Below, piece after piece: positions 40,161-53,529 of a stretch of DNA of 64,000 nt (positions are counted from its first letter, which is position 1; each line of letters begins with the position of its first letter). Origin of the DNA: Cycas panzhihuaensis (Eukaryota > Plantae > Cycadophyta). Location of the stretch: contig CM041465.1 of the NCBI GenBank assembly GCA_023213395.1, forward strand, positions 161,455,741 through 161,519,740. The letters run 5' to 3'. The notes under the pieces were generated by a model. That model was not told the origin of the DNA. It searched no databases and saw only the letters and a list, made by a program, of their open reading frames with translations. The position numbers were made by a program, and so were the translations under genes.

Positions 40161-42203
40161 ATGTAGGACCCACTTCATTATACTTTGTAATCTATCACTC
40201 CTAGGTTAATTTTTATCGTTGTCTTACTCATTTGATTTTATATATTTCCCTCCTTTTCTTTAAGGTATGAGGTTTTTCTCACTAAGATTTTCTAGATTGA
40301 GCCCCTTCCATAAATGAGGTAGAGGCATCATAAGCAAAAAAAAGGGCTTCATCAAAACCTATTAGTATTTATAGTTAAATTAGCCTATTTTTGTCATATG
40401 ACCTAAATTTTCTATTCTCTCTAACCCTTGGGTTTCCATCACGAAAGTCCCCTCCAAGACTACATGCTCTCAAACAACTTAAGAATGTGGAATGGTCATT
40501 AAAGAGGCTAAACTATGATGACCACACTTCTAAATCATTGAGTACTAAGAGGGTAAACTTAGTGGACTAAATCTATAACACACATCTAAAAACCAACGAC
40601 TAATGAGGTAAAACTATAATAAGTATAACTTTAGCATATAGATATCTATGTAGGTTTAGTATAGATGTTTTAAGTAGGATTGAACCTAATTTTTGCATCA
40701 ACAAATCTTTATGTTACTCCATCTATCATACTTCCATTGATCAAACCTTGTCTTTCTAAAACAACTCAAGAATAATATAGGCAACCCAAGTTCTATGATA
40801 GCTCTTCCTATGTAAGGTTGGTGATGTTCACCATCGTGTTGAAACCTATTCATAAAGCTTCTATTATACTCCACTTCATGAAATATTGCACCAAACTAAC
40901 AACAAGAGAGTATAAAATAGAGCTTTTATGAATATTATAATACAAATTACATTTAGATCATAAGAAAGCTCAATGGACACCAAAAGGAGACACACGTGAG
41001 TATAATCTTTATAAGAGATAATGATTACATAAACATTTCTTTACAAATGTAAGACCTTAAATAGAAAAAAGTGGCCATTAGCTCCTAACATCCTATTGGT
41101 TGGACTTGTAGTCTTTAATCCCATTGGTGGAGGTAGATGGCCTATGCATACCTTTTAATAATTATCCTTAACCCTCACCACTATAATCGCATAATTGATT
41201 GCTTATATGTTATACCTTGGAGGGTTACATAATAGGTTCTCATAACCCCCCCCCCCCCCCCACCCTGCCCACACCTTTTATTAGATGTTATGTCCTCAAA
41301 GTGCAAAAGATGTGGATATTACTTAATGAAGTCATCAAAATTCCCAGGTGGCTTCCTTAGTTGTATAGTCAGCCCATTAAACTAGATACTAAGAAATGGT
41401 TCTATTTTGGAGACAATAGTGTCAGATGTTTAGAATATATATGGGAGGAACTATAAGGATTTCTTCTTCTTGGAGAGTTAGAAGGGTTGTTTAAGGTATG
41501 ATAGACTTCCCTAGGTGCTTTTTTAGGCAAGAAATATAGAAGATGTTATAGATCTTGGTCTCAAGGGGAAGGGTAAGGGCATAGGTAGTTGCATTAATAT
41601 ATTAAGTAACTTTATAGGGACCATAATATTAAGGACTTAACTTCTAGGACCTATGATAGTAGAGAGACTATTGTTTATAAGTTTGGAGATAAAGAAAAAC
41701 CAAGTTACCTACTTCAAATGATCTATTAGAGTGGTGGTGATTTGTAAGTTACTTTATTCAATTTTATGTGAAGGCCAAGTTTTATTTAAAGGTATAGAGA
41801 GTTTTATCCATGTCCTATAGTATTCATTATACCCAAATAGTATGAAAATTAGTGGCCAAGATATGGTGGGATGGCAGGGGATATCCATAAAGAGCCATAA
41901 AGGGGGTCATGTCGATTGTAGAATGATGGGAAGAATTATACCAATATTCCATAAGAACTAACTAAGAAGTCCATTGATATTAGTGTTTTGAGGTAAAGCA
42001 ACAAAGATATGTTTCCAAGGCTTTGTTGAGGATTTTAAATTATCCATTTATTTAGGGGTGATAGGAAGAGCTCATATGGAGAGATGTTACTAATGCATAA
42101 AAGAGTTCTTACCAAAATAAGCTCATAAATTTAGGATCTCTATTAGATATGATAGTGGATAGGAAGCCGTGGAGGTAAAAGATGAATTAGATATAGAGCT
42201 CAC

Positions 42204-42425
42204 CCAAGAAGGAAGTTTTTCAAGTAGTGTAGATAAGGAGGAAATAGGCATATTTAGTTAAGTGATCAATGGTTACCTAAATAAAGTCATACCCAACCAA
42301 TAGTAAGAGGCCATGGATCCAAGCAAGAAGTTTTTAAGTAGTGTAGATAAGGAGAAAATAGGCATATTTAGTTAAGTGATTAATGATGACCTAAGCAAAG
42401 TCATACCCAACCAATAGTAGGAGGT
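42204..42425. repeat. About 115-bp tandem duplication inside the chromovirus integrase
   Basis: CCAAG..GAAGTTTTT..AAGTAGTGTAGATAAGGAG..CATACCCAACCAATAGTA occurs at 42204 and 42319. Confidence 0.9.
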
Positions 42426-44986
42426 CAGTGATAAAATTCATGGCAATGTCTTACCATTTACCCTGGGGGATTTTTAGGGGTTAAAGTAGGTTGGGTTAGG
42501 CTTTAGTGTTGACCTTGTTATATTGGTAGATATTACATTCAAAGGCATATGTAAGAATGATAAATTTCATACAAGGCTAGTAGAAATCTGATCAAATATG
42601 ATGATAGGCTTTGTCGAATCCAAAGTGACCTCTAGCATTGTAGTTATGATATTTATCTATGATATAGGTAATAAATGGGGAGGTGGGGTATACAAATACA
42701 CGATTCTAATAGATAAGGTAATTATTCTGTAGGCTCCAATCTTTATGGTTTTAAACCTTATTAACCCAAGTGGCAAAGTCAGGTTGAGCTTTATTGGACT
42801 TAACCAAGTCATGGAGCTAAGAAGGTTTAAGCATAAATATGGTTTGGATTAATGGTTTAGTAGGGAGTCAAGAAAGGGCATCTGCAATGACCTTGTTTGT
42901 GCCCTTTTTATACAAAATAGACAAGTCAAAAATCTATAATTGATCAACCCATTTAACTTGTTCTTTTAATAAAATTGGTTAATCAAATAAGTGATAGAGA
43001 CTATGATGGTTTGTTAAAATGGTAAACTTAAAACCAAGTAGATATTAATACCACTTATTGACTACATGCATAATGGACCCCATTTCTTTTTAGTAAATGG
43101 AAAGTCAACACATGTTGTCCTTGAGTTTCTAACTTTTGAAGGCAATGGGGTGGAAGTTTTATATGAGGATATCCTCAAGCCCTACACCAGATATAGTGTA
43201 GGTATAGGTGTGGTTGTCATGAGTACTTTTAGAAGGCTAAATACATCCTCACCACTCAATGACCATTAGAAAAAGTCCTTATGGAGTAGGTTTATCAAGG
43301 GGGTGGCTATGGATATATAGTTTTTAACAAAGTGATGATAGAAACCTATTAGGTTGAGGAAGGCCCATAATTAGGCTGGGTCTTTGGGATGGGCTACTAG
43401 ATGATAACCAATATTTTATCAGGGTTGGCTTGCCTCTAGATGCAAAGATGATGTGGCCTAAATATTGCACTTTGATTTTTCCAAATTCACACTTTAATAA
43501 CTTTCCATATAGCTAATTTTGAGTTAGGACTTGAAGGGTAAATTCTAAATGTTAAAGATGTAAGGGCATGGTAGTACTATAAAATAATATATAATCAAAG
43601 AAAATAATAATGAACTTAAGAAGGTAAGAAGCAAAAATTTTATTCATTAAAGCTTGAAAGATGGCTAGAGCATTGCATATCCCAAATAGTATAACTTGGA
43701 ATTCAAAATGGCCATGATAAATATAAAAAGTAGTTTTGTGCTTATCTTTTGGGGATATTGATATTTGATAATAGCCAAATTGTAAGTCCAATTTGGAAAA
43801 TATTATATCCCATGGATTTCATCTAGCATGTCATTAATTCAAAGGGTGGGGAACTTACTCTTAATAGTTAATTTATTAAGCCCCCTATAATCTATATAAA
43901 GGTAGAATGAACCATCTTTTTTCTAAACCAACATGATGGGAGATATATAAGGGATTTTTCTTAGCTAGCTAATATTGATATTTATTAGTTTATTGGTGAT
44001 GCACTCAATTTTATTCTTTTAGAAATAAGAGTTTTGATACGGGTGCAGGCTAATTAGGTTGTAAGTGGTTTTAAGGTCGATGGTATGGTGAAATCCTCGA
44101 TATGGAGGAGAGCTACTAGGTAAGAGGGAGAAAATTGATTGGTATTTGGTAAGAATAAAGAGGATATCTAAGCTAACTTTAGATTGTGGTTAAATGTTGT
44201 CAAGGTAAACAGTATATCTGAAGCTCTTATTAAGTTACTTGCTCATTTATTTAGGGGAAAGAAGTTTGTTAGGTAGGGATTAGATGCTAAAGAGTTTATG
44301 GGTTTGGCCATAATCATCTTTAAACATAATGAATGGGTTCTTGAGGAAGTTAATTATACTATAAGTTCCTAGTGTTTAGAGCCATTGGACTTTTAATATG
44401 GTATATGATCCTCCAATGGATATAACATAAAATTCTAACTTGAGTTGATAAGTTCCAATTTAAACTTAAAGATTGCAAATAATACCTACATAATAAAGAG
44501 AATAGTGGCTAATGAGAGAACAATTAAATCCTATTTTTGGTTCAATATAAAGATTTAGTTGTTGGGCTATGGAAATATCAATGAATTTTAAGGATGTGCC
44601 ACTGTCGATCAAAATTACCATGGGGGTTTTCCTTAAGTCCCTCTTACACATAATAGATTGGGATATGCAGAAGAGAAAATGGTAGATAGGATTTCTTTGG
44701 GCTTAAGATCTAAATGTAGAGAAGGTTCTACTATTAGTTCTTCTTCAAGTTCATCATTAGAGTTAGAGTTAATGGTGAAGATAACTGGTTTGGATTTATA
44801 GATATAACTATATCTAGGGAACTACATTTTGCACATTATGAATAAAGACTATTTTCTCAATGCTTACTGATCCAAGAGGATCTACCATATATTTATAGGA
44901 TGTAGAGAATGCTAGGAGGATCTACCATATGTCTACAGGATGAAGAAAATGTTAAGCATTAGAATAACTGAAAGAGATAGGGCTAA

Positions 44987-46283
44987 TGGTATCAAATGTA
45001 TATGAAATTTTATGGAAAGGAAGAAGACACATCTCAATACATGTGTGAAAAATGTGGGGCTTAGAAAATATCATTTGATTATATTTCAAGCCTTGTTTTT
45101 TAGAAAATTGATCCCACAACCAGCAGAAAAATAGCAAATATATACTATTATTAAATCAATGAAAATGTAGGCAAATGATATCCAAATGATCTAAAATTTT
45201 GTGTAAGTGAAGGGGACATGTGTTCCTATATGTGTACCAAATTAGAGATAAATTGGAGTTCATTAATCCTAGGTACAAGCCATAACGTTTTAAAATTGCA
45301 TGAAGGCCACTTGGACAACATGCATTCTGGTTGTTAGTAGTTATATTTACATGATTGCCACTTGTTAAACATGCAATTTGGATTTCTTTCTATAAATTGA
45401 GACCTCTTTAGCTCATTTACATGGTTGGATACTTGGTTATTGAATGTGAAAGTCACTTGACTTGGGAAGCATTTAAAGGGTTGGAATCCCCCTCATGGTA
45501 TAATTATATCATATATTCCTTGTAACTTGACCATTCTTTTTCTAGTTGTTTTCTCCACCATTAAATGGAGATTTTTATAGCTTAATAAAAGTATTACTCT
45601 TCTTACTTTTGGAGCAATTGCAAGTATAAATAATTTGGTGTAGAATTTCCTTTTGTAGGCTCATTCTTGTTTTGATGTTATTGGGGTTTCTACACTAACT
45701 CCCAGGATCTCAAGGAGTGAGCTTGGTAATTGATGTTATTTACCATTTAAGCTCTACTTTGGGATCACTTAAATACCTCATAGGAAAGGAACTATATTTG
45801 TATTAATGGTTATTTTGTAATAGGAGATTTAGCTAGACAAATTACTTCTTGTCGAGGGGGTTCTTTTGCTCATGTCTATGGAGATCGATTGGGTTTCATG
45901 AGCCTTTAGTGAGTAAACTATGGTGTGTCTTATTCAAGCCTAGATGTTCCCTCTTCTACAAACTCAACTTCAATGGCTTTGGCATAATTAATGGTGTGCC
46001 AAAGGTTAGGAGGTTGGTTGGTCTTCAACCTCATCTAGATTCATTCTGAAAGACTAGTTATATAGGCTTTGAACAATGCTTGCTTATCTAGGTATTGAGT
46101 GACCTAAATCTAGATTACTTGGACCTTATCTATGTAGGCCTCGACTATTATGGTTTTTCAAAGATATATCAATTGGCTGAAGAACGATTGGTTCCAAGTT
46201 TCTTCATATTTCTCAAAGAAATATTTATAGAACTAATCTCATGTTTAATTAGATGGGTACTCATAGGTCCACCATTTATACCA
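44987..46283. mobile_element. Probable solo LTR (~1.3 kb) inserted in chromovirus gag
   Basis: Inverted termini TGGTATCAAATG / CATTTATACCA, non-coding with TATAAA near 45391, gag relics on both sides; TSD imperfect (CTAA / ATAA). Confidence 0.6.
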
Positions 46284-47982
46284 ATAATGGGCTTTCCCTC
46301 TAAGTGGATAGACGAAAAAATAAGTTAGTCAATTATAGACATGGGGTTGAGTGCAAATTAAAAGTCCAATTTACTAACTCAACTAGGAGCTATATCCTGA
46401 TTAAGATCAAGTTCAAAGATTCCTATATCAATCTTAAGACAAAACGAAGGTTAGGATGTAGCTTGGGGAGGTGCGTTTCCTCCCTAGGATGCTCCACTTT
46501 ATGATGTATTAGATGAGTTACAATTTATCATTAAGAGAAAGTTAGAGAGTTGAGTATTGATAAATATAAACTAAATGTTAAGATTTATGACTTACTTGCT
46601 AAGATTTATGAGGTCCAATATCATCATGGCTTAGTCATATTATATATTTTTAACGTAAGTTTCCAAAGTAGAGATGTGATCAACTTGAGTCATTATGAAA
46701 TGGGTCTTGATGAGGTGGTAAATAGTGAGAAGAAGGGAATACAAGAAGTAAGAGACATAGGAAGAATAAGAGTCAAATGAGGAGGGATATATAAAGGGGA
46801 GGAGAGTGGGAAGGAGGGGGCAGAGTACAAGGTACTTGTAGGATGTTGACCCTAAAAACTATACAAGAAAAACACCTAGTACTCGCAAACAAGTACAATG
46901 AGCATTTCAAAATGATGTAGATAGGTAGAAAGTAAAAAATTATGTGGGAGAGGCCCACAAGTACCTATAAGCTAGTTTTCCCTAAAGCTAACAGTTGAAA
47001 TTAATCTAGTAGGCTTTAATCAGTGCAAAATATTAATTGAAATAAGATGTATAAATTAATAGGGTCAATCTTTGGGTCATGGACCTCTTTTTTTTCTTTT
47101 TATTGACAAGTCTAATGGTATAAGTCTCATTTGAATCTAAGAAGTATTTGTGAAGTTATAGCCCTTTCTTATCTCCTTTTTTTTATTTTTTTATTTTTTA
47201 AAATAGGGTTAGAATTGACTAAGTGGATCAAGAGACAAATGTTGGGAGTTTATCTATCTGTTATTCTAAAAATAAACCTTGCGAGTTAAGTTATATAGGT
47301 CATCAGATATGCTCGATTTAGATGTCTTTATTGTTGCCTAGAGGGAGTGCTTTATATGTAGGGCTACTATTAATGCAAAGTATTGTTGATATAGTGATGA
47401 ATTATGATAGTAGATTTTTGGCAACCTTCATCTTGGATTAGTGGGAGAGTAGCTAATATAAGAGGTATATCTATTATATATATCAGAAAAGATTGTAAGG
47501 GGTAGGGGAACCTACTAGATACTAATAAAGGAGTGCTTGGCCTCTAAGCCTTATGATAAACTTCTCTATCATTACTATAGCTTAGCTCAATATCCTAAGG
47601 TACTACCTATGAAGGAAAGACCATCTATGTAAGGTCTACAACTATGCAAAAGTATTCATATAAACTAGCTTCTTAGCACTAACCACTAATCTATGCACCA
47701 CAAAAGATAAACAGCTAAAAGTTTATCTACTTAAGGATGGAGAGGGAGCCTATAGGGGTCCTCTTATATACCCAATGATACATAAAGCCTCAATTTCATA
47801 GCCAAATTCTATCTAAGGCTTAGTTTAATAAACTTAATTAAAGTCCTTCATGTAAGAGTAAGAAATCCAGAATATGGTTAGCCTAAAATGATAGATCTTT
47901 GTAATATTTATAGACCCCCAATATAGGGTCTCTACCTATTTAAAGCAAGTAGCTACCAAATAGAGTTATCTACCTAAGAAGA

Positions 47983-48600
47983 TGTTAGATAATGTGACAA
48001 CAATATTTTGGAGGCTAAAATTTTGATAGGCAGCACAGTTTCCCCCTCAAACTTCTACAGGAGGATTTGGGGGATGCCGAAATCCCCCTTATAAAGAGGG
48101 GGTTCGGGGGCAGTATCCCCAGACCCAAAAAGCTAGCATTGAAAAGCATGCTAAATTTTAAAGAGAATTGGGTTCGTTCATTCAAAATACCCCAGATTTG
48201 ATGGTTGAGATTTGTGCCTTGTATGACTCTCTTACATAGCCTAATTTAGGGTGTTTTTTCATTATGTTGATTATATTTGATGTATTAGATATACTGTGAG
48301 GAGTTTGATGGTCGTTGTTGTTGTTGTGAGCATTCTACTACAGATTATATACATTTCTCCATTCTTTGATAATAAAGATCAATACCTTTCCTGTGTGGAT
48401 ATTTCCTTAGCATACTATTAGCATTTTATCACATTATATCGGGTGTATATGTGATGATTTAGCTTTCTAATTCATTTATTGCATTATCTTTGGTTTAAGA
48501 ACTTATATGTTAAATTTTAGTTTCAACTCCTATAACTAGTTGCAAAATAGTTTATATCTTGGTGGTGGTTTCTGGTTATTAGGACATAGTTTTCTTAACA
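47983..48600 (+). mobile_element. Solo LTR (618 bp) in the chromovirus leader
   Basis: TGTTAGA...CTTAACA termini, TSD GAAGA / AAAGA, GGGGTTCGGGGGCAG..CCCC motif similar to the Copia-2 LTRs. Confidence 0.8.
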
Positions 48601-50759
48601 AAAGAAGGAAGGGAGGGAACAAAAAGGGTAGTTGTTAAGCAACGTAGCCTACCCTTGAACCAAAATAAAAATAATTGAAATTGAAACTTAAAATTGAAAC
48701 TTAAAATAAAGGAAGTGTCACCAGTGGAAAAAAAAAAAAAATCTCCTTTTTTTGGCTCCTAAATACCTCTTTAGGGTCATCAAACTCACCTCTGATACCA
48801 TTGGTTATAGTCCACTTCATAAAATATTGTACTAAATTGATAACACAAGAATAAAAAATTGAACTTTTATTAATATTATAGTACAAATTACATTCAGATC
48901 GCAAGAGAGCTCAATGGACACCAAAAGAAGACGTATGTGAGTATAATCTTTATAAGAGATGATGATTGCATGAACCTTGCTTTACAAATGTGAGGCCTTA
49001 AATAAACAAAATTGTCCATTAACTCTTAACATCCTATTGGCAAGCCTTATAGCCTTTGATCTTACCGATGGAGGTACGTGGCCTATGTATACCTATAAAT
49101 GATTGTCCTTAACCCTCACCATTATAACTGTGTAACTACTTACTTATGTGTTACGCCTTAGAGGATTATGTAACATCTTCCATTGCTAAGAGAGGAAATG
49201 CTTCATCATGCTCCACCCCTTTTAGTATATCTAAGTTTAATACCTTACCTTATTTATTGTCGGGGTTTAATTAAGTGATTTTTATGATGAATATTTTAGT
49301 GTGTAATTATAATCCCCCCTACTTGCATATGATGTATACATCTTAATATGCATATTTTATCATGCCTCTAAGTTCACACCAAAAGACTACACTAGCTTTT
49401 ATTTCTCTTGATTGATTAAGTCATGTCTTATGGATTGATCATTTTTATACCATACCCTTAACTAATGATTTCACTCTATTTGACTTCTCACTAGCTTGTA
49501 TTAACATTTGTATAAAATAAACTAACTTCAATTTTAGAAATGTTAAGGATTGCAAATTTTTTGTTATAAATCTAATTAATTGTAATTCTAGTTTCTCATT
49601 ATATCTTTTATGTTGCATGAAAAGTGTAATGTTATACATAAAATATGATATTCTTTTTTCATTAATTGGGTTTTTAGAACGTTGCACTTTATTCATAATA
49701 TTACTTTTTTAGAACCTTGTGTTTTATAAAGAACATCACATTTTTAATTGCATTAAATCATGTTTTTCTAAAAATCGTCATATTTTTCACTATTTGGCAT
49801 GTAAAAAAAAAAGGAATATTATTTTTTTTTTACTTGTTTAGTTATAATTTATTATAAAATCATGGACCAACAACCCACAAGTTGTCCCCAATCACTCCTT
49901 ATTTTGTTGATAAATAGGACCCCTATTTATGAAGAAGAAAGAGGAGCAAAAATTTACAAGGGAGTGTTATTGAATTCTATGCTCACCCTTTGTGATCTCA
50001 CCTATATCCTTAGAGAGCTTTATTTAAAGGTTAATTGCAGGCTATTGACTAAAGAGTTTGAGGGTTTAGGGTTATATACACCCAAGCCTATCATCATTTC
50101 TTCCCTTTACTATATCCTCTTCAACTTTCTCTATTCTTTGTGCAAAATTCCTCAGTCTTATTATTTCGCGATCTTCAAGAGTCTCTTCTTCACTTGTTGG
50201 ATTACTAGAGCATGATATTGGAGTTCCTCGAGGCTATTAGGCATGAATTAAGGCACCCATTTTCCTCTCACTTTAGGATTGATGAGGTTTTATTAAATTT
50301 ATATGGTTAAATTTAACTTTTTTACCTAGGATTTGAGTGTGTGCTTTAAAGTTAATTTTAAGTTCAATTTTTTTAGGGTTACTTAAGTTATGTCTTAGTA
50401 TAAAGTTTCTTGCCTTAGCTCATACCCATAAGTTGGGGAGAATTCACAAATACAACCAAAGTGTTGCCAATTTTTTGTTAAGGAGGTGAGTTGCCTTATT
50501 AAGGGAACCAAATAAGGGCTCCAAACCCTCATTGTCAATAAGATTTTAGGCTTCTTGCATGTTCTTTCTCTTCTAAAACTCGATCCTATAATGGGATTAA
50601 ATGTTTGAGGGTTATTCATACTAATATTTTCTCTTTAAGTAGAACTTGGTGCAGACTTTGATTGGCTCTTTAAAAAGGTGAAAGGTACGTGACACTTCTA
50701 CCTCTCTCCCTATACAACTTTCCTTTTTTTATTAGATTGCTTACCTAATACTTCTTCAT

Positions 50760-50798
<39 letters not shown>
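50760..50798. repeat. (TG)n(AG)n compound microsatellite
   Basis: Read directly from the sequence. Confidence 0.97.
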
Positions 50799-53529
50799 AT
50801 TAAAACATGCTAATTTTTATTAGATTGATATGGTTATCATTTGTTTTCTTAAGTGCTTGATCATTAGGGTGTTTTAACATTGAAAAATATTTACTTGCTC
50901 ATTGTCTTGCATCTTTGTTTATAATAATAAAAGAAATAAAAATAAAAAGGTTCATGTATTTACATTTACTATTTTAATTAGAATATCAAAAGGCAAGGAA
51001 AGATAAAGAAACTTGTAACTTTGATCACCATAGCTAATAAAAGAACCTAAACTTCTTTCTTATGTGTTCTTAGGGTGTAGATCTTGTTTACATGTTAGTT
51101 TATATGTTGATAATTAATATTTAGTTATGGATCATAACTTTAGATTACGACCCTCCCTTTTTATTTTTTATTTTATTAGTATTAGGTTATTTTAATGTTT
51201 ATATGAGTGATGAGTTATTAAGATTTACAACTCTTACATCATGTCTCATTTAGTTAGAACTTAGATTCTATCTTAGAATTGTATTTATGCACCTATAGTG
51301 CATTATAAAATTTAATGAGAGATGTCTTTAGTTTGAAATTTTATCAATTATGTAGTTAATCTTGCTTTAGTTAGGTCTTCATTCATGTTGTTTTAATAGA
51401 TTTACATGGTATTAGAGTAGATTGTAAGTGTTTATTAATTGTAATTATTAATAGATACTAGATTTTATCATGCTGCAATTCTCTTTATTATATTGATAAA
51501 CTCAATGTTTTAGACAAACATAGGATGCATATTGCAAGTATTTAGTGAAATAGGTATATAGGTTTGAAGGTCTTCATGGAGCGATACTCCTCTATAATGT
51601 ATGTTTTCAAACATAAACATCTAGGCATTATTGAGTAGATAAAACTAATAATTTTATTCAAGGAGGAATATCTAATAGCAAGTTAGAGATGTTTGTTCAA
51701 AGATTTATGCTATAATCTTATAAAACCTATTCATACATTTAAGTATGATTTCATTCGTTATTCATCATTAAAAACTTAAAATCGAATTATAAAACTATAT
51801 GGCTTTCATGCAAATATTTATCACTAACATGTAGGAAAAATATAATTACTTTTGATGTAGAAAAATAGTTCATTTTAATGTGTAATTTACACATTTTATT
51901 TGTTATCTATATGCAGACTAAAAGAAACACATGTAGGCAGGCAGATTGACTTAAATGAATATATGTGCAAATATATCTAAATGTAGACTAAAAAGAACTC
52001 CATTGAAAACACTATATAAAAGTGTTAAAAAGGGACATTAATAATGTTAATAGGCCACCCTCAAAATAAAGCAATATTAGGGCATTCAAATATGAAAGAC
52101 CTCTAATTAAAAAATAAATTATGATAAATATGAGACCCACCATTGAAAACATGGTAAAAACATGTTATGAGAAGGTATTAAAATGATATTTTAAAACCTT
52201 TGAAGAAGGGGTGCTTGATTAAACAATGAATATTTATTTGGATATTCTAAGATGTATATTGTTAAGTTGTAAACTTTATAAGAAAAACATAAAATTTTCA
52301 CTAGATAAATGGAAATAGTCTTGCGTAAGATTGGCAACCTTTATAACAGTATTTTCGTAACCTATAGATAAATCATACATGGAAATATTGATCTATTCAA
52401 TCGATTAAAGATGACTAAATGCAAAATACCATTACACATGTGAATTATGACTACAACAAACACTAAATAATGCCAATTGAGGGATTAAACATGTAGATAA
52501 ATCATCTAGCAGTGTAAATAAAGATGCCTAACATTCACTTTATAGCCAATGCAGACACTGAGATGCCACTATAGAGGACATGTCAACACCAGAATTAATA
52601 TACCACTATAAAAGAAAACCCTTGTTGCAAGGTTGCTGACATACTAAGGTGAAATGTGCATGCACAAAGATCATAAGCATGCCATACAAGACATGCAAAG
52701 ATGCTTATAGTAGAGCCATTAAAGTAAATTCTTACCTAGCACTAAAATCACTATGAAATACATATGCAATTAGAGGAAAATTATATTGAATATAATAAAC
52801 ACTATGAAGGAAATTTGTCCAAACCTAATGAAGACAAAGGAGGAAGATAAACTTTTGTTGCATGCCTAATGATGAATTTGCCCATAAACCCCTTGATAAT
52901 GGCCTATCAAACTAATCCTTGATGGTCTAATAACATAGTGGTAGTGAGTTTTTTGGATAAAATAAGTTCACTTTTATGAAAAAGTGGATTTTTGATAGGG
53001 TTTATTCACCACTTGTGCCTTTGGAGGAATATTTAGTGGAGAATATTCTCTAATAAACTTTGGATAAAGTTTATTTTTTATTTTCTAATATTTGAGATAT
53101 ATTAAAGTGGATTAGTTTTTTTTTTTTAGGTTTGCAATAAAGCCCTCTTTTAGCTAGCCCCTAATCACATGGTATTTTAAGAGGCAAAACCATTATAAGA
53201 AGATCTAGTGTTTATTTTGGACAAATAAAGATACTGATGCTCAATTTTTTTAGATCTATAATCTAGCAATGGTCACATAAATATAAATTTTTGGTAAAAA
53301 AATAATTTTTTATATTTTTCATAATATTTTGACTACCTTTAAATAGACTGAAGTAGAAAAATCTCTACTTATGTATAGACTTGTAACTTTTACTACTTTC
53401 ATTCTTTATTTCTGTATTCATTTAGTTGCTTTCTAATTTTTTTTGTCAATTTTTTCTTAAAATGATTATTGGAGGATATATAATAGGTACTATAATTAAA
53501 AAATTATTAAGTCCTAATAATTATACTAC

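Larger units (their letters stand above)
41270..46950 (-). pseudogene. gag-pol: Chromovirus gag-pol (gag interrupted at 44987-46283; PR, RT, RH, IN, chromodomain)
   Basis: ILIDSGTSLKFI (PR); DLQFGYYQI..DKHKTTF...GHFEFQVILFGICNA..FFDYIL (RT); YGPYKV (IN GPY); YLV*W...EATWE (chromodomain ~41320-41450). Confidence 0.9.
40862..49175 (-). mobile_element. Chromovirus Ty3/Gypsy element (Reina-like) containing two nested solo LTRs
   Basis: LTRs 40862-41234 and ~48803-49175, TSD GCTTC / TCTTC, PBS CCTCTGATACCA (48789-48800), C-run PPT at 41246-41261. Confidence 0.9.

Noticed and set aside
44987-44996. TGGTATCAAA as a plus-strand PBS
   Set aside because: No LTR upstream; it pairs as an inverted terminus with CATTTATACCA ending at 46283.
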